64,000 bases of DNA from Bacteroidota bacterium. Its GTDB lineage: Bacteria > Bacteroidota > Ignavibacteria > UBA10030. A model generated the notes under the pieces. It made no database searches. It was given only the letters and a program-made list of their open reading frames with translations, and had not been told where the DNA came from. Within the stretch, counting starts at the first letter, position 1, and each line of letters begins with the position of its first letter. This document shows positions 39,341-50,790 of the stretch, one piece after another. Location of the stretch: contig JBEKNC010000002.1 in the NCBI GenBank assembly GCA_049523215.1, forward strand, positions 127,963 to 191,962, written 5' to 3'. The position numbers were made by a program, and so were the translations under genes.

Positions 39341-41863
39341 ATGAAGCATCGATTTCTCTTACTGTCTCTCATTTTTGTTATCTTTCAATCAACACATGCT
39401 CAATCGACAGATCCACGCAATGCCGCCGAAATCAGACTCGGATTGAAAAAACTCACCGTGTTAGGATCTGTTCTTTACATCGCCGCCCACCCTGATGATG
39501 AGAATACAGCGTTACTTGCTACTCTAGCACAGGATCGGTGCTACCGAACCGCTTATCTATCAATTACTCGGGGTGAAGGAGGCCAAAATCTTCTTGGTTC
39601 TGAGCAGGGAGAAATGTTAGGATTAATTCGAACACAAGAATTACTTGCTGCGCGGAGAATCGATGGCGCAGAACAATACTTCACAAGTGCAATTGACTTT
39701 GGCTTCTCCAAAACCTCAGAAGAGACCCTTCGCTTCTGGGGAAAAGAGAAAACTCTTGCCGATGTGGTCTGGGTCATTCGCACATTCAGGCCTGACGTCA
39801 TCGTGACACGTTTCACGCCAACATTGGGAGGGCATGGTAATCACACGGCTTCTGCAATACTTGCCGAAGAAGCATTCCGTGCTGCGGCAGATCCATCTCG
39901 TTTTCCAGAACAATTACAATATGTTGCACCTTGGCAAGCGAAAAGAATTGTTTTCAATGTATTCCGCCAACCGCAGAGTGACCAAAATCCGAAAACCGTA
40001 CCTGATGTAAGTATGGACGTTGGAGCGTACTCGCCTTTGCTCGGAAAATCATTTACAGAAATTGCCGGCGAAGGGCGGAGTATGCATAAAAGTCAAGGAA
40101 TGGGCGCAAGCCAAAATCGTGGTGAGTCTCTCAATTACTTTCAGCACATCGCGGGGGATACAGCGAAGAAAGATCTTTTTGATGGAATCAATGTCAGATG
40201 GTCAAGAATTAAAAACGCCGATAGTGTTGGAAAGATTCTTGATGAAACATACCGGACGTTTGACGATTTAACACCCGCTCGATCTATCCCACTGCTTTTC
40301 AAAGCTTTGAATCAACTTAATGCAATCACACAAGATTCATGGGCCACTGTTAAAAAAGAAAAAATAATTCACGTGATTCTTGCTTGTGCCGGATTATGGA
40401 TTGACGCGACGACCTCCGACAATTCCGCAATTCCGGGAAGTGAAATAAAATTCAATACAACAATTATCAACCGGTCAGCTTATCCATTTGTTCTCGATCG
40501 TATAACGCTTCCTTTTGGCGGAACCGATACACTATTCCATTTGCAACTTGTAACAAATCAACCTGTTCGTTCAAACTTTACATTGAGATTGCCTGAACAA
40601 ATGAACTATTCTCAACCATACTGGTTGATCGATAAACCTGACGTCGGTTCATATAATATTTCTGACAAATTGCTGGCTGGACAGCCAGAGAATACGCCTC
40701 CTGTCATTGTCACTATCCATCTTTCCTCATCCGATGGTAAATTAAAAGTCGATTTACCGTTGCGTCAAAGAGTCATAGATCCAATAGACGGAGAGTTGCT
40801 GCGTCCCTTTGTAATTGTTCCACCTGTTACAGTCAATGTACCGGAATCAGTTGTTCTATTTCCGGATATGTCGGAACGACGAATACATGTGACTCTCAAG
40901 AGCGAAACACCGAACACACGCGGAACAGTTCGATTGAAATTGCCGGAATATTGGAGTGTTGCACCGTTACAGTCTGAATTTGAATTTCAGAATAAAGATA
41001 ACGAGCAGACTTTCTCCTTCGACGCACGTCCACTCAAAGGTGCAAAGAGCGGTACATTCACTGCAGAAGCCAAGGTCGGAAAAACAATCATTAACTGCGG
41101 TCTGCAAACCACGCAATACAAACACATCCCGCCACAGACAATATTTCCGCCTGCAGAAGGTGAGCTTTTAAGAGTCGATCTGAAAAAAATTGGGCACACT
41201 GTTGGATACATTATGGGAGCGGGAGATGATATGCCTTCTGCAATCCGACAAATGGGATATTCAGTTGTTCTTCTTTCGGATGAGGAACTTGCAGAAGGGA
41301 ACCTTGATCAATACAATGTTATTGTCGCAGGGGTGAGGGCGTACAACACACGATCGAAACTTCGAATTCACCAACCACGTTTAATGGAGTATATAAAACG
41401 CGGAGGAACATATGTTGTCCAGTATTCCAATCCGCAAAGAAGTGAATCAGAAAATATCGGACCGTATCCAATAAATATTTCACGCGACCGGGTTGCAGAA
41501 GAAGACGCTCAAATCACTTTCCTGAATCGAAACCATAGATTAGTCACAACGCCCAATAGGATTCATGAGGATGACTTCAAAAACTGGATTCAGGAACGAG
41601 GTCTTTATTTTGCAGATCGCTGGGATGCAAAGTATGACTCTGTGTTCAGTTGCCATGATGCAAACGAACCGGATCGAGCAGGTGGTTTGCTGACAACTCA
41701 ATATGGAAAAGGATACTACGTATATTGCGCGTACGCATTCTTCCGCCAATTGCCTGCAGGCGTGGAAGGTGCCTACCGTTTATTTGCCAATATTCTCTCA
41801 CTGCAAGCTGACCATCAGCGAAGTCCAGTAGTGAAGCCAGGAATAAATTATCGTCGAAAGTAG
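39341..41863 (+). CDS. secreted PIG-L/LmbE-family deacetylase-domain protein (large, multi-domain)
   Basis: Signal peptide. N-terminal AHPDDE motif and downstream His/Asp ligands typical of LmbE-like N-acetylglucosaminyl deacetylases. The long C-terminal extension may hold a class-I glutamine-amidotransferase/ThuA-like region. Confidence 0.7.
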   Translation: MKHRFLLLSLIFVIFQSTHAQSTDPRNAAEIRLGLKKLTVLGSVLYIAAHPDDENTALLATLAQDRCYRTAYLSITRGEGGQNLLGSEQGEMLGLIRTQELLAARRIDGAEQYFTSAIDFGFSKTSEETLRFWGKEKTLADVVWVIRTFRPDVIVTRFTPTLGGHGNHTASAILAEEAFRAAADPSRFPEQLQYVAPWQAKRIVFNVFRQPQSDQNPKTVPDVSMDVGAYSPLLGKSFTEIAGEGRSMHKSQGMGASQNRGESLNYFQHIAGDTAKKDLFDGINVRWSRIKNADSVGKILDETYRTFDDLTPARSIPLLFKALNQLNAITQDSWATVKKEKIIHVILACAGLWIDATTSDNSAIPGSEIKFNTTIINRSAYPFVLDRITLPFGGTDTLFHLQLVTNQPVRSNFTLRLPEQMNYSQPYWLIDKPDVGSYNISDKLLAGQPENTPPVIVTIHLSSSDGKLKVDLPLRQRVIDPIDGELLRPFVIVPPVTVNVPESVVLFPDMSERRIHVTLKSETPNTRGTVRLKLPEYWSVAPLQSEFEFQNKDNEQTFSFDARPLKGAKSGTFTAEAKVGKTIINCGLQTTQYKHIPPQTIFPPAEGELLRVDLKKIGHTVGYIMGAGDDMPSAIRQMGYSVVLLSDEELAEGNLDQYNVIVAGVRAYNTRSKLRIHQPRLMEYIKRGGTYVVQYSNPQRSESENIGPYPINISRDRVAEEDAQITFLNRNHRLVTTPNRIHEDDFKNWIQERGLYFADRWDAKYDSVFSCHDANEPDRAGGLLTTQYGKGYYVYCAYAFFRQLPAGVEGAYRLFANILSLQADHQRSPVVKPGINYRRK

Positions 41864-42036
41864 ATTTTCAAAGCAATGCATCAAGAGAACAAAAAAACAG
41901 ATCAATTGAATTCTGAGGATGGCAACACTAATGAGAAGCCGCCCATCCTCGGTTCATGGAAAAACATCTATCTCGTTGTTCTTCTTAGCCTCACTGCCAT
42001 TATCATTTTTCTCTATTTCTTTTCCGAAGCGTTTCA

Positions 42037-43746
42037 ATGAGACATCTCGACTGGATTGTGCTTGCAATAACTCTCCTCTCAATCGTTCTCTATGGAACGT
42101 GGAAAGGTCGCGGAAGTCGAAACATCAAAGGTTTTCTGCTGGCAGACAGGTCGATGAAGTGGTACACAGTAGCTCTCTCGATCATGGCGACACAGGCAAG
42201 CGCTGTTACCTTCACATCGACTCCGGGTCAGGCATATGTAGATGGAATGCGATTCGTACAGTTCTATTTCGGTTTACCAATAGCGATGGTGATTCTTTGC
42301 ATCACTGTCGTGCCAATCTTCCATAAGCTCGGGGTCTATACTGCTTATGAATATCTTGAAAAACGTTTCGATACAAAAACAAGAGTCTTGACAACTCTGA
42401 TCTTCCTTGTCTCACGAGGACTTGCTGCTGGTATCACTATCTATGCACCATCACTTCTTCTTTCCGTTATGCTTGGTGTGAATATACAAGTCACTTCTAT
42501 TATTATCGGCGGCCTTGTCATAATCTACACGACCTCCGGAGGAGTCAAAGCAGTTAATTATACAGATTTTCTCCAGCTCATTATTGTGATGGCCGGAATG
42601 TGCATTGCGTTCGGTATGGCACTCTACTTGCTTCCCAAAGAAGTCTCTTTTGCCGATGCCCTTTCCATATCTGCCGTTATGGGAAAATTAAATGCAATAG
42701 ATCTCTCGCTTGATTTTAGCAACAGGTACAACATATGGTCAGGCATTATTGGCGGTATGTTTGTCGCACTTGCTTATTTCGGAACGGATCAATCACAGGT
42801 ACAACGGTATCTGACCGGCCAATCAGTTGCGCAAAGTCGTCTCGCGCTCTTATTCAACGGCCTGGCAAAAGTACCGATGCAGTTCTTTATCCTCTTCATT
42901 GGGGTTATGGTATTCGTATTCTTTCAATTTGTTCAACCACCATTGATATTCAATCCGGTTGAGGCAGGAAAAGTAAAGTTAGGAGAGCAAACTCAAGTTT
43001 TCCGCCAATTAGAAGAGAAGCATAACATGTTATTTCTGGAAAAATCAGAAGCGATCAATGAATACCTTAATGCCAAACATCAGCATAATGAAAGAGCAAT
43101 TCAAGACAAGAAAGCGGATCTGCAACAGATCCAACAGCGATACGATGCTGTCTGTCAAGAAGCATCTAACCTCAGTGCAACTCATGAGAGTAAATCCAAC
43201 TCGAGTGACACAAATTTTATTTTCTTAACCTTTGTGCTCACGTACTTACCGGCGGGAGTAGTAGGATTAATTTTTGCATGCATTTTCACGGCGTCTATGT
43301 CTTCATCATCCGGCGAGTTAAGCGCTTTGGCGACAATCTCAATTATTGACATCTATAAACGGTTCATCAAGCGCGAAGCAAGTGAAAAGCATTATCTCAT
43401 CATCTCACGAATTATGATGGCATTCTGGGGTTTGTACGGAATTATGTTCGCACAATACGCGGGCAAAATGGGATCTCTGGTGGAGGCAGTAAACATTCTC
43501 GGTTCATTGTTTTATGGAACAATGCTCGGCATATTTGTTCTCGCTTTCTCTTTCAAGTCGGTAAAAGGAACATCTGTATTCATTGGTGCCTTGACCGGTG
43601 AGGTCGTAGTTTTATATTGCTTTCAATTCACATCCATCGCCTGGTTATGGTATAATGTTATTGGATGCTTTGTTGTTGTAGGCGTCGGAATAATTCTTTC
43701 CGCTTTCAAGAGAAACAGAACAGCTCCTAGCTTGACACCGTCGTAG
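42037..43746 (+). CDS. sodium:solute symporter (SSS family) with an internal coiled-coil insertion
   Basis: Thirteen or more TM helices. The N-terminal …GFLLADRSMKWYTVALSIMATQASAVTF… block is typical of SSS transporters. Confidence 0.85.
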   Translation: MRHLDWIVLAITLLSIVLYGTWKGRGSRNIKGFLLADRSMKWYTVALSIMATQASAVTFTSTPGQAYVDGMRFVQFYFGLPIAMVILCITVVPIFHKLGVYTAYEYLEKRFDTKTRVLTTLIFLVSRGLAAGITIYAPSLLLSVMLGVNIQVTSIIIGGLVIIYTTSGGVKAVNYTDFLQLIIVMAGMCIAFGMALYLLPKEVSFADALSISAVMGKLNAIDLSLDFSNRYNIWSGIIGGMFVALAYFGTDQSQVQRYLTGQSVAQSRLALLFNGLAKVPMQFFILFIGVMVFVFFQFVQPPLIFNPVEAGKVKLGEQTQVFRQLEEKHNMLFLEKSEAINEYLNAKHQHNERAIQDKKADLQQIQQRYDAVCQEASNLSATHESKSNSSDTNFIFLTFVLTYLPAGVVGLIFACIFTASMSSSSGELSALATISIIDIYKRFIKREASEKHYLIISRIMMAFWGLYGIMFAQYAGKMGSLVEAVNILGSLFYGTMLGIFVLAFSFKSVKGTSVFIGALTGEVVVLYCFQFTSIAWLWYNVIGCFVVVGVGIILSAFKRNRTAPSLTPS

Positions 43747-43835
43747 AAATCCCGGGAAAAAGTATTTCAACTCGATATAAAACCACCTTCCAAAATAATT
43801 GATATTCTGGAAGGCGTTTGTTCAAATCTTCATTC

Positions 43836-44666
43836 TTACTTCTTTGATTTCCAATCGACAATCATCTTTTCAAGCGAGTCTGTATTTGCCTTAGGATCCT
43901 TTGCCTTTGCAACCCTGACAGCTTCTTCAGCTATCGCAATCGCATCGTTGACTTTACCTAATTGTGCGAGAAGCTCAGCTTTGGTCTGGAGGTTGCGCTC
44001 ATTCTTCTCAATCACGATAGAGCGCTCTGCCCAACCAAGCCCTTCCTCAAGATACACTTTATTATCTAATGCAAACCGCGCCGCACTATTGAGCAATTGC
44101 CATGTTCCGACAGATGCCTGAATCTTTGCGAGTATGTTGAACTCGATCTTAAAACTTAACCGGATTTTTTCCCATGCAAGTACAACACGGGCAGATGCTG
44201 GGGCCAGATCGGTAAAGCTAAAAGACATCCATTCTTCGAGCGGTCCTTCTTCTGGTTTTACCATTATCTTGAGTGTATCATACTTCGTATCATATACTGT
44301 CCCCCAATTCTTGATTTCTGAGTTGAATATCAACGACCAGTCTCCTGTCTTTGAAGGAATTACCACAAACCGATATGTTCCTGCACCGAGTTTCTTTCCT
44401 CCGATGGTTACATCATCGCTGAAAGTAAATAGAGTCGGCTCGTTAGCGCCTGCACGCCATACTTCGTCGTACTTTAAAAGTTTGCCCCAAATTTCACGGC
44501 CTTTTACGCCCGGCCGATAATAGGAAATTGACACTTCACTTAAGCCGATAATCTGGGAGACTTTAGCTCCTTGGCTAATCCGTGGCACACGCAATTGCAC
44601 TTGTCCGTTCATCAATGTGACAATGAAAGCAGCGGCAAGCAGTATATAAAAAGTTTTTTCAATCAT
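43836..44666 (-). CDS. DUF2911-family secreted protein
   Basis: Signal peptide followed by …YYRPGVKGREIWGKLLKYDEVWRAGANEPTLFTFSDDVTIGGKKLGAGTY…, which matches my memory of the DUF2911 signature. Confidence 0.55.
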   Translation of the reverse strand: MIEKTFYILLAAAFIVTLMNGQVQLRVPRISQGAKVSQIIGLSEVSISYYRPGVKGREIWGKLLKYDEVWRAGANEPTLFTFSDDVTIGGKKLGAGTYRFVVIPSKTGDWSLIFNSEIKNWGTVYDTKYDTLKIMVKPEEGPLEEWMSFSFTDLAPASARVVLAWEKIRLSFKIEFNILAKIQASVGTWQLLNSAARFALDNKVYLEEGLGWAERSIVIEKNERNLQTKAELLAQLGKVNDAIAIAEEAVRVAKAKDPKANTDSLEKMIVDWKSKK

Positions 44667-44978
44667 ATGAAATCTCCTTTAGATTAGTATGAGATGGAAA
44701 CATGGATTATAACATTCAAAACAATTAAACGATTCCCGTTGTAAAGGAATTTGATAAATAAAGTCTTCAATACTGAGGACATCCTCAAAAACCCTACCTG
44801 TAAGTTATAGGAATCGGGCAATGATTCCAATACATCTTAGTTGCCTATTCATAGCTTATAAAAGGCTAAAAGCCTTCCTCTGACGAATCGATTGAAAGAA
44901 TTAATAATTTCATAATGAATTGATAAGCTTCAAATAACAGCTCTTTTCTATATTTGTATCGAACGAAAGGAGAAAAAA

Positions 44979-45150
44979 ATGAATACAAACTCAAAGCTTA
45001 ACGAGCCCTTCGCCTTTTGGTTGGCCCAAAAATATCTTCCTAGAGAAGAGAAAGAACAAATGGACGTAGAGCCTCTCAATAATAGAACCATCGTTTTAAT
45101 TGCAATTGGAATTCTTACGATCCTATCTGTAATCAGATTTATGGTCTGAT
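44979..45150 (+). CDS. small hypothetical membrane protein (56 aa)
   Basis: AG-rich RBS (AAAGGAGAAAAAAATG), a single C-terminal TM helix, and intergenic placement. Not in the ORF track because it is under 60 aa. Confidence 0.3.
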
Positions 45151-45279
45151 TTTCCCCCTAAAATTCCCACTTCGTCATTTTTTTTACATCTTCGAACATA
45201 ATATTTCTATAACCTATTCATCATTTTCTCTTAATATGATAATCTTATATTGGTGTTGAGATAAACAGGAGACAAGAGA

Positions 45280-46428
45280 ATGAAAATTGCATATTTCAAT
45301 GCTAACTTAAAAGTTGGGCAAGATGGTGTCACACGCGTCGTCTATAAAATGATTGAGGGGGCACTTGAACGCAATCATGAAGTAATAGCGATCACTTCCA
45401 TCTTGCCGGAATCATGGCAACAGCCAATTCCAATGTTTAAGGTTCCTTCGGTTGTTATACCAATGCATAAAGAGTATCGAATCGCACTACCGGGGTACCA
45501 ATCTTTTGCAAAAATACTCCAAAATTTTGAACCGGATATCTTGCACATCAATAGCCCGTGTACGCTTGGCTTTGGAGCAGCGAAATATGCCCAGCACTTC
45601 CAAGTGCCGGTTGTTGCAACGTATCATACACATTTCCCTACATATCCGCGTTATTTCAATCTGACAAAACTTGAGGATTTGACGTGGAAAATATCGCGTC
45701 ATTTCTATAATAATGTAGATAGAACGTTTGTGCCCACGAAACCGATTCTCGATGAACTGGCCGAGCACGAAATTCTTCGGCTGCAATATCTTCCCAATGG
45801 CGTCGATACCGGATTGTTTACACCGGAACGCAGAAGCGAGGCATGGCGGCTGCGTTTCGGTCAAGGAACCAAGCCCATTGTCCTGTTCGTCAGCCGGCTG
45901 GTGTGGGAAAAAGATTTGCGTGTGTTGGCCGAAGCATATCGACATCTCAAAGCAAAACGAAACGATTTCGAAATGGTGATCGTGGGGGATGGTCACGCTC
46001 GTGCACAGTTTGAACACATGATGCCGGGCGCGCACTTCCTAGGATATCAGACAGGTGTCACACTTGCAGAGAGCTTTGCCTCTGCGGACATCTTTGCCTT
46101 TCCCTCTACAACGGAAACATTCGGCTTAGTAACATTAGAAGCGATGGCTTCCGGATTGACTCCAGTCGCAGCAAAAATGGGAGGTGCGATTGAGATTATT
46201 GAAGAGGGAAGTTCTGGTCTCTTTGCCAAACCACTCGACGGTGCGGACATGGCACAGAAAGTGGAATGGCTGCTCGATCACCCGCAGTATCTACGGACGA
46301 TGAAAGAACAAGCGCACCGGCGTGCTCAACAGTATCGCTGGGAATCGATCTTGAAACAATTATTCGACAACTATGAAGATGTACTACAGGAAACCAAACG
46401 CCGCCGACAAATGGTAACGGCTGCCTGA
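45280..46428 (+). CDS. glycosyltransferase family 4 (GT-B fold)
   Basis: C-terminal E-x7-E region (…FPSTTETFGLVTLEAMASGLTPV…), typical of GT4. Confidence 0.85.
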   Translation: MKIAYFNANLKVGQDGVTRVVYKMIEGALERNHEVIAITSILPESWQQPIPMFKVPSVVIPMHKEYRIALPGYQSFAKILQNFEPDILHINSPCTLGFGAAKYAQHFQVPVVATYHTHFPTYPRYFNLTKLEDLTWKISRHFYNNVDRTFVPTKPILDELAEHEILRLQYLPNGVDTGLFTPERRSEAWRLRFGQGTKPIVLFVSRLVWEKDLRVLAEAYRHLKAKRNDFEMVIVGDGHARAQFEHMMPGAHFLGYQTGVTLAESFASADIFAFPSTTETFGLVTLEAMASGLTPVAAKMGGAIEIIEEGSSGLFAKPLDGADMAQKVEWLLDHPQYLRTMKEQAHRRAQQYRWESILKQLFDNYEDVLQETKRRRQMVTAA

Positions 46429-46437
46429 GAATATTCT

Positions 46438-47415
46438 ATGTCTCCGTCATTTCAAATAGCGCACATTTCAGATCCACATATCAGCCGGCAATATTACCGC
46501 GAGCACATGAAGTCCTTCAAGCTTCTCCTGCGCGCTGTGGTGGATGAAGGTGTCGATCACATCATCGTCTCTGGCGATATCATCAGTACAGGACACGAAG
46601 ATGATTTTTATCTGGCACGAGAGATATTTTCCAATCTAAATCTTCTCGACAGCAAGAGACTCACCGTCGTTCCGGGTAATCACGATATTTTTGGCGGACC
46701 GCATCGAGCCGTGGATGTGTTAAGTTTTCCTCAATATATCCGGTCCGTCGATTATAAGTATCGCAAAGAATTATTTCAGAGCGCCTTTGTCGAAACATAT
46801 CATGGAGTCCACCACGTTAGTACTTCGGATCTTTTTCCCTTTATCAAAATTGTCGGACCGTTCAACATTATCGGATTAAACTCCATTCCCCCATGGTCGC
46901 TCAGACGCAATCCGTTCGGAACAAACGGCAGTCTGGATGATCAACAGATCGAATCATTGGAACATATGGGTACATCCGGCGTTTTAGCAGGTCGTACGAA
47001 TATTGTCGTCCTCCATCATCATTTCAACGATCTGCTTCAATCGGAGTATCAAGCAGGTAACGTCTGGACACGCATCGAATCCAATACGATGCGTATGAAG
47101 AAACGACGAAAAATAATTCAAATATTTGAATCTTTAAATATCCGCTATGTCCTGCACGGACACATTCATCGTAATGAAATCTATGAACGCAACGGCATTC
47201 TCTTTGCCAATGGTGCAGGCGCTGTATGCGATGATCCGGTCCGATTTCTGAAATATAATCTTCTTCAGCAGAACGATGGTTACTGTACAATAAAAATCCG
47301 GCAACTGCCAATCCCGTATCAGGTATCCACATTGACAATGGCGCTCCATCGGAGACATATACCTCTCTCCATACCAGAGTTTGCCATGAAGCCTCTTGAT
47401 TCCTTAACACAATGA
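46438..47415 (+). CDS. metallophosphoesterase (calcineurin-like)
   Basis: SDPH…VSGDI…GNHD…HHH…GHIH motif series. Confidence 0.8.
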   Translation: MSPSFQIAHISDPHISRQYYREHMKSFKLLLRAVVDEGVDHIIVSGDIISTGHEDDFYLAREIFSNLNLLDSKRLTVVPGNHDIFGGPHRAVDVLSFPQYIRSVDYKYRKELFQSAFVETYHGVHHVSTSDLFPFIKIVGPFNIIGLNSIPPWSLRRNPFGTNGSLDDQQIESLEHMGTSGVLAGRTNIVVLHHHFNDLLQSEYQAGNVWTRIESNTMRMKKRRKIIQIFESLNIRYVLHGHIHRNEIYERNGILFANGAGAVCDDPVRFLKYNLLQQNDGYCTIKIRQLPIPYQVSTLTMALHRRHIPLSIPEFAMKPLDSLTQ

Positions 47416-48260
47416 TCGAGCTTGCGACATACCTGGACATGCCTTTGAATTCGGCAGACATCATCTTGCAGTCGGATTTATTAGAGAGTCTTCTGAATAT
47501 CGAACTTCGATTCGGTGAATCGCACCTTGGAGGAAAAAGCCGTATCGCGCTCTTCGATCTAGACAATACATTACTTATTGGTGATATCGGCGATGCAGTA
47601 TATGCTCAACTGCTTTCAGACGGCTTTCCGCTTTCTTTATCCTGGCTGGAGTATCAACACATGATCAAAGAAGATCCGAATAAAGCATACATAGAAGCCG
47701 TGAAAGCGCTTGATGGTATTACTCTTGAATATCTCGTCAGAACAACGAAACAAATATTGCAGTCCAAGGACGATATAATTCTGTGTGAAGGATCAGAGGT
47801 TCTTATTCCAAAAGCGAATCATTTAATGTACGAACTTGTGCGTCTTTTACGTCAATGGCAATATACAATTTTTGTGATTTCAGCAAGCAATGACATATCG
47901 GCAAAAATTGCAGGTTCCATGATATTCGATATCCCCGCAAACAATATAGCCGGAATAAAACCAAGCATTTCAGATGGAAAGATTGTTGGACAAATTCAGC
48001 ACCCCATCCCTTTCGGTGAAGGAAAGGTCGCACAGTACCGTAGGATGAGCGGCGATGTGATACCGATGGTTGTAGCAACGGACAGCGAATCTGATCTACC
48101 AATGCTGCAAATGTGTGATCCCGATGGATTAGCTATTTTAGTCGGGGAAAGTCATAATCTCTATATGAAAGCAAAAAAACAATTACCAACTTCGATCCGT
48201 ATTCAACGCGTTATCACCAATCCCATCTCATTTCTCCAACAGCAATACTGCGTTGCCTGA
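47412..48260 (+). CDS. HAD-superfamily hydrolase
   Basis: HAD motif I (ALFDLDNTL), motif II (ISASN), and downstream K and D motifs. Its start overlaps the preceding gene's stop. Confidence 0.65.
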   Translation: MIELATYLDMPLNSADIILQSDLLESLLNIELRFGESHLGGKSRIALFDLDNTLLIGDIGDAVYAQLLSDGFPLSLSWLEYQHMIKEDPNKAYIEAVKALDGITLEYLVRTTKQILQSKDDIILCEGSEVLIPKANHLMYELVRLLRQWQYTIFVISASNDISAKIAGSMIFDIPANNIAGIKPSISDGKIVGQIQHPIPFGEGKVAQYRRMSGDVIPMVVATDSESDLPMLQMCDPDGLAILVGESHNLYMKAKKQLPTSIRIQRVITNPISFLQQQYCVA

Positions 48261-50639
48261 AGAACATTTGATTCGCGTCTTGGTCTCCTCTGTCACAACC
48301 TGAAGCTCAACTCCTGGCGTAACCGCTAATACTCTTGTGAGCGCAAATGGGAGACGGATATCCACGACAGACGGCTTTTTATCGGAGGATTGCTCCAGCG
48401 TAAAAGAACAAAGAGCTTTTTTCTCCGTCTCATATTGCAGCGAACAATGAAATTTTCCAAATGACGTTGCTATCCCATCGGCTGATGTGTTCGTTCCCCA
48501 TTTTAACATTCCCGGACATACATCATGGAAAAGCAACAGAGCATCTTTGTTTTCCCGGACAAGACAATCGAGCAGAAACAATACAATTTCTGCGGCAGCC
48601 CATCCATGGTGCCCGTCTCCCATTGCACCACCGCCCGTTTTTGGGTGGATCGCTTCCGGAAGCGAATAAGGAGAGACACATTGGCGAAAGATTGTATTTG
48701 CAATGTGCCATGCACGCTGCGGATCGTTTTGGAGCAAATACGCGTGCGCTAGTTGGAGCGTTAAGTATGCATTGTATCCGGAATGAATGATAGGATGATA
48801 AAAACCTTTCTCATCAACATAACGATCGGTGAATTCATCCAGCGTCGTTTTGAACGCGGACGGATATACATCCTCCAGCGCCAGCGGATACATGCCGCAT
48901 ACAAATCCTATAGCACTTTCATCGAACGAACGCGATGGCGACGCGGGAATAACTTCCCTGCCAAGCCGAACAACAACTTTCTCCAATGAACGATGAATAT
49001 CTCCGGCAAACCTCTCCGCCTCACGCTTCCAGCGCACCGCCAATTCTTCCTTATGTACCATGTGCGCCAAACCAATGGCGGATCGAATTCCCGCCAATCC
49101 CCAGAATGAATCCCAATAGTATTGATCAACCGTTCCAAAATGTTCAGCGCTTAGGCTCGGCGGCAAAAGACCGCGATGTGTCGTTGCAGTGTCCTTGCTT
49201 GTTCGCTTCTTTTGGAGAATCCATTCTGCTGCTCGCTGGAACGAGGGAAAATAATGTTTCAGCCATGAATATGAATGTGTCAGCTTCATATGCTGTTCCA
49301 CGATCCAAAGTGCTTCACCGTTGGAATCCCATTCACCGTCCGGCCCGCGGAAAAAACCATCGCTCGCTTGTCGTTCTGGAAACGCGTCGATCACTTGCCG
49401 CACTCGCCTATGAAACCCCAGCCGGTCAAGTGCGTGCAGCATTGGCGCTGCATCGCGGAACCAGAAATGATGATACAGATACGGTCCGGGAGAAATAAAT
49501 TTCCCGTCATGAAGCTGCAGCAATGCCAGCACATTCGCGTCAAACACTTTTTGCAATGATTCATCTGCAAGAATAATCTGCGCGCCAAGCGACCGTTCTT
49601 TGGTCCAGTGTGTCTGATGCCGCTCAAGCCGGTTTTCAAAAGAAACGCGCCATGGTGCTTTGGGCCGAAGAAGATGAAGTTCCTCCTTTGTTCCAAGAGC
49701 CGTGCTGTAATGAATCGAATGATGCTCCCCCGGTAAAAGCTTCAACGGAAAAACCGCAGTGGCATGAGCAAGTCCGATAGTACAGGAAATAGACTGTTTC
49801 TCCGGGATACTTTCATCTTCCTCGTACCATCTCTGAAGGTCTTGCTGCCGGAGAAGATTTACGACATCTCCCTGTTCGGAATTTGAGCAGAACACAGCTC
49901 GTGGTTCTTCTGCGAACACGACACCAAGACATTGGTCGATAACAATCTGCCTCGATGGACGATATTCAATACGATGAATGGGCGACACACCTTCCGGATT
50001 AAATGGACGGACTGTAACACACACAGCCAGATTGATAGCCAACTTTCCGCGATTGATAACGGTAATTCTCTGAAAAAGAACATCTCTCCCATGATTTGTC
50101 GAATCAACGAACGCTTCTATGTCAAGAATAAAACCATCAACCTCAAATCGAGTAATAACTCGCGGCGCTTGCGTGTCATATTCCTGGCTCGATGGAAAAT
50201 GAAACGACGGGAGAAAGAGATCCTTCTCTGTTTTCAACCAGACATCGATAGACCATTCCCTGGGAAGCGGTGTCGCCAAGCCGCGCGGATCAATAATTGC
50301 CTCGTGCTTTCCTGTCGGACTTCCTAAGAGTGTCCAATTTCTATGCGTGACATTCAGGAGAAGAGGGTTTTGTGATCGTGCAATGAAACTTTCATTTTTA
50401 GGATCGAGTTGTTGATGTACCCAATGTGGATAGATCCAATCGCGCTTCATCTGCAGAATCGCATAATTCAGCAATCCGCGTGTAATCATGGGAGCGCTCA
50501 ATTGAAAGAGCTCTGCGGGGAAACCACTCCCATCCACATCGCTCAATTGTCCCGCAATCTGCAATTGATGGATCGCCTGTGCAGGAATTTTCAACTGTTT
50601 CAACACTTGTTCAAATACAAAAGAAGAAACGTTCATCAT
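48228..50639 (-). CDS. large (alpha/alpha)6-barrel glycoside-hydrolase-like protein (GH15/GH63/glycogen-debranching-enzyme-like)
   Basis: 803 aa. The …HFWFRDAAP… and …GDGHHGWAAAEIVLFL… blocks recall the six-hairpin glycosidase catalytic domain. The family assignment is tentative. Confidence 0.5.
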   Translation of the reverse strand: MMNVSSFVFEQVLKQLKIPAQAIHQLQIAGQLSDVDGSGFPAELFQLSAPMITRGLLNYAILQMKRDWIYPHWVHQQLDPKNESFIARSQNPLLLNVTHRNWTLLGSPTGKHEAIIDPRGLATPLPREWSIDVWLKTEKDLFLPSFHFPSSQEYDTQAPRVITRFEVDGFILDIEAFVDSTNHGRDVLFQRITVINRGKLAINLAVCVTVRPFNPEGVSPIHRIEYRPSRQIVIDQCLGVVFAEEPRAVFCSNSEQGDVVNLLRQQDLQRWYEEDESIPEKQSISCTIGLAHATAVFPLKLLPGEHHSIHYSTALGTKEELHLLRPKAPWRVSFENRLERHQTHWTKERSLGAQIILADESLQKVFDANVLALLQLHDGKFISPGPYLYHHFWFRDAAPMLHALDRLGFHRRVRQVIDAFPERQASDGFFRGPDGEWDSNGEALWIVEQHMKLTHSYSWLKHYFPSFQRAAEWILQKKRTSKDTATTHRGLLPPSLSAEHFGTVDQYYWDSFWGLAGIRSAIGLAHMVHKEELAVRWKREAERFAGDIHRSLEKVVVRLGREVIPASPSRSFDESAIGFVCGMYPLALEDVYPSAFKTTLDEFTDRYVDEKGFYHPIIHSGYNAYLTLQLAHAYLLQNDPQRAWHIANTIFRQCVSPYSLPEAIHPKTGGGAMGDGHHGWAAAEIVLFLLDCLVRENKDALLLFHDVCPGMLKWGTNTSADGIATSFGKFHCSLQYETEKKALCSFTLEQSSDKKPSVVDIRLPFALTRVLAVTPGVELQVVTEETKTRIKCSSGNAVLLLEK

Positions 50640-50790
50640 TATCCTGAATATTGTTCCTATGAATATACAACCACTATTTCATCGAGACAAGCAACATCGG
50701 AGAACTTAACAAATTGGTAATGAATCGTTCATTGTTCTGTAAACCTAATTCGCCATCTTCTAAAGATTCAATTTATAGATAGAATATCCT

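Noticed and set aside
41919-42326. 135-aa plus-strand ORF overlapping the start of the sodium:solute symporter gene
   Set aside because: It is in a different frame of the same region as a well-supported transporter N-terminus, and has no family resemblance.
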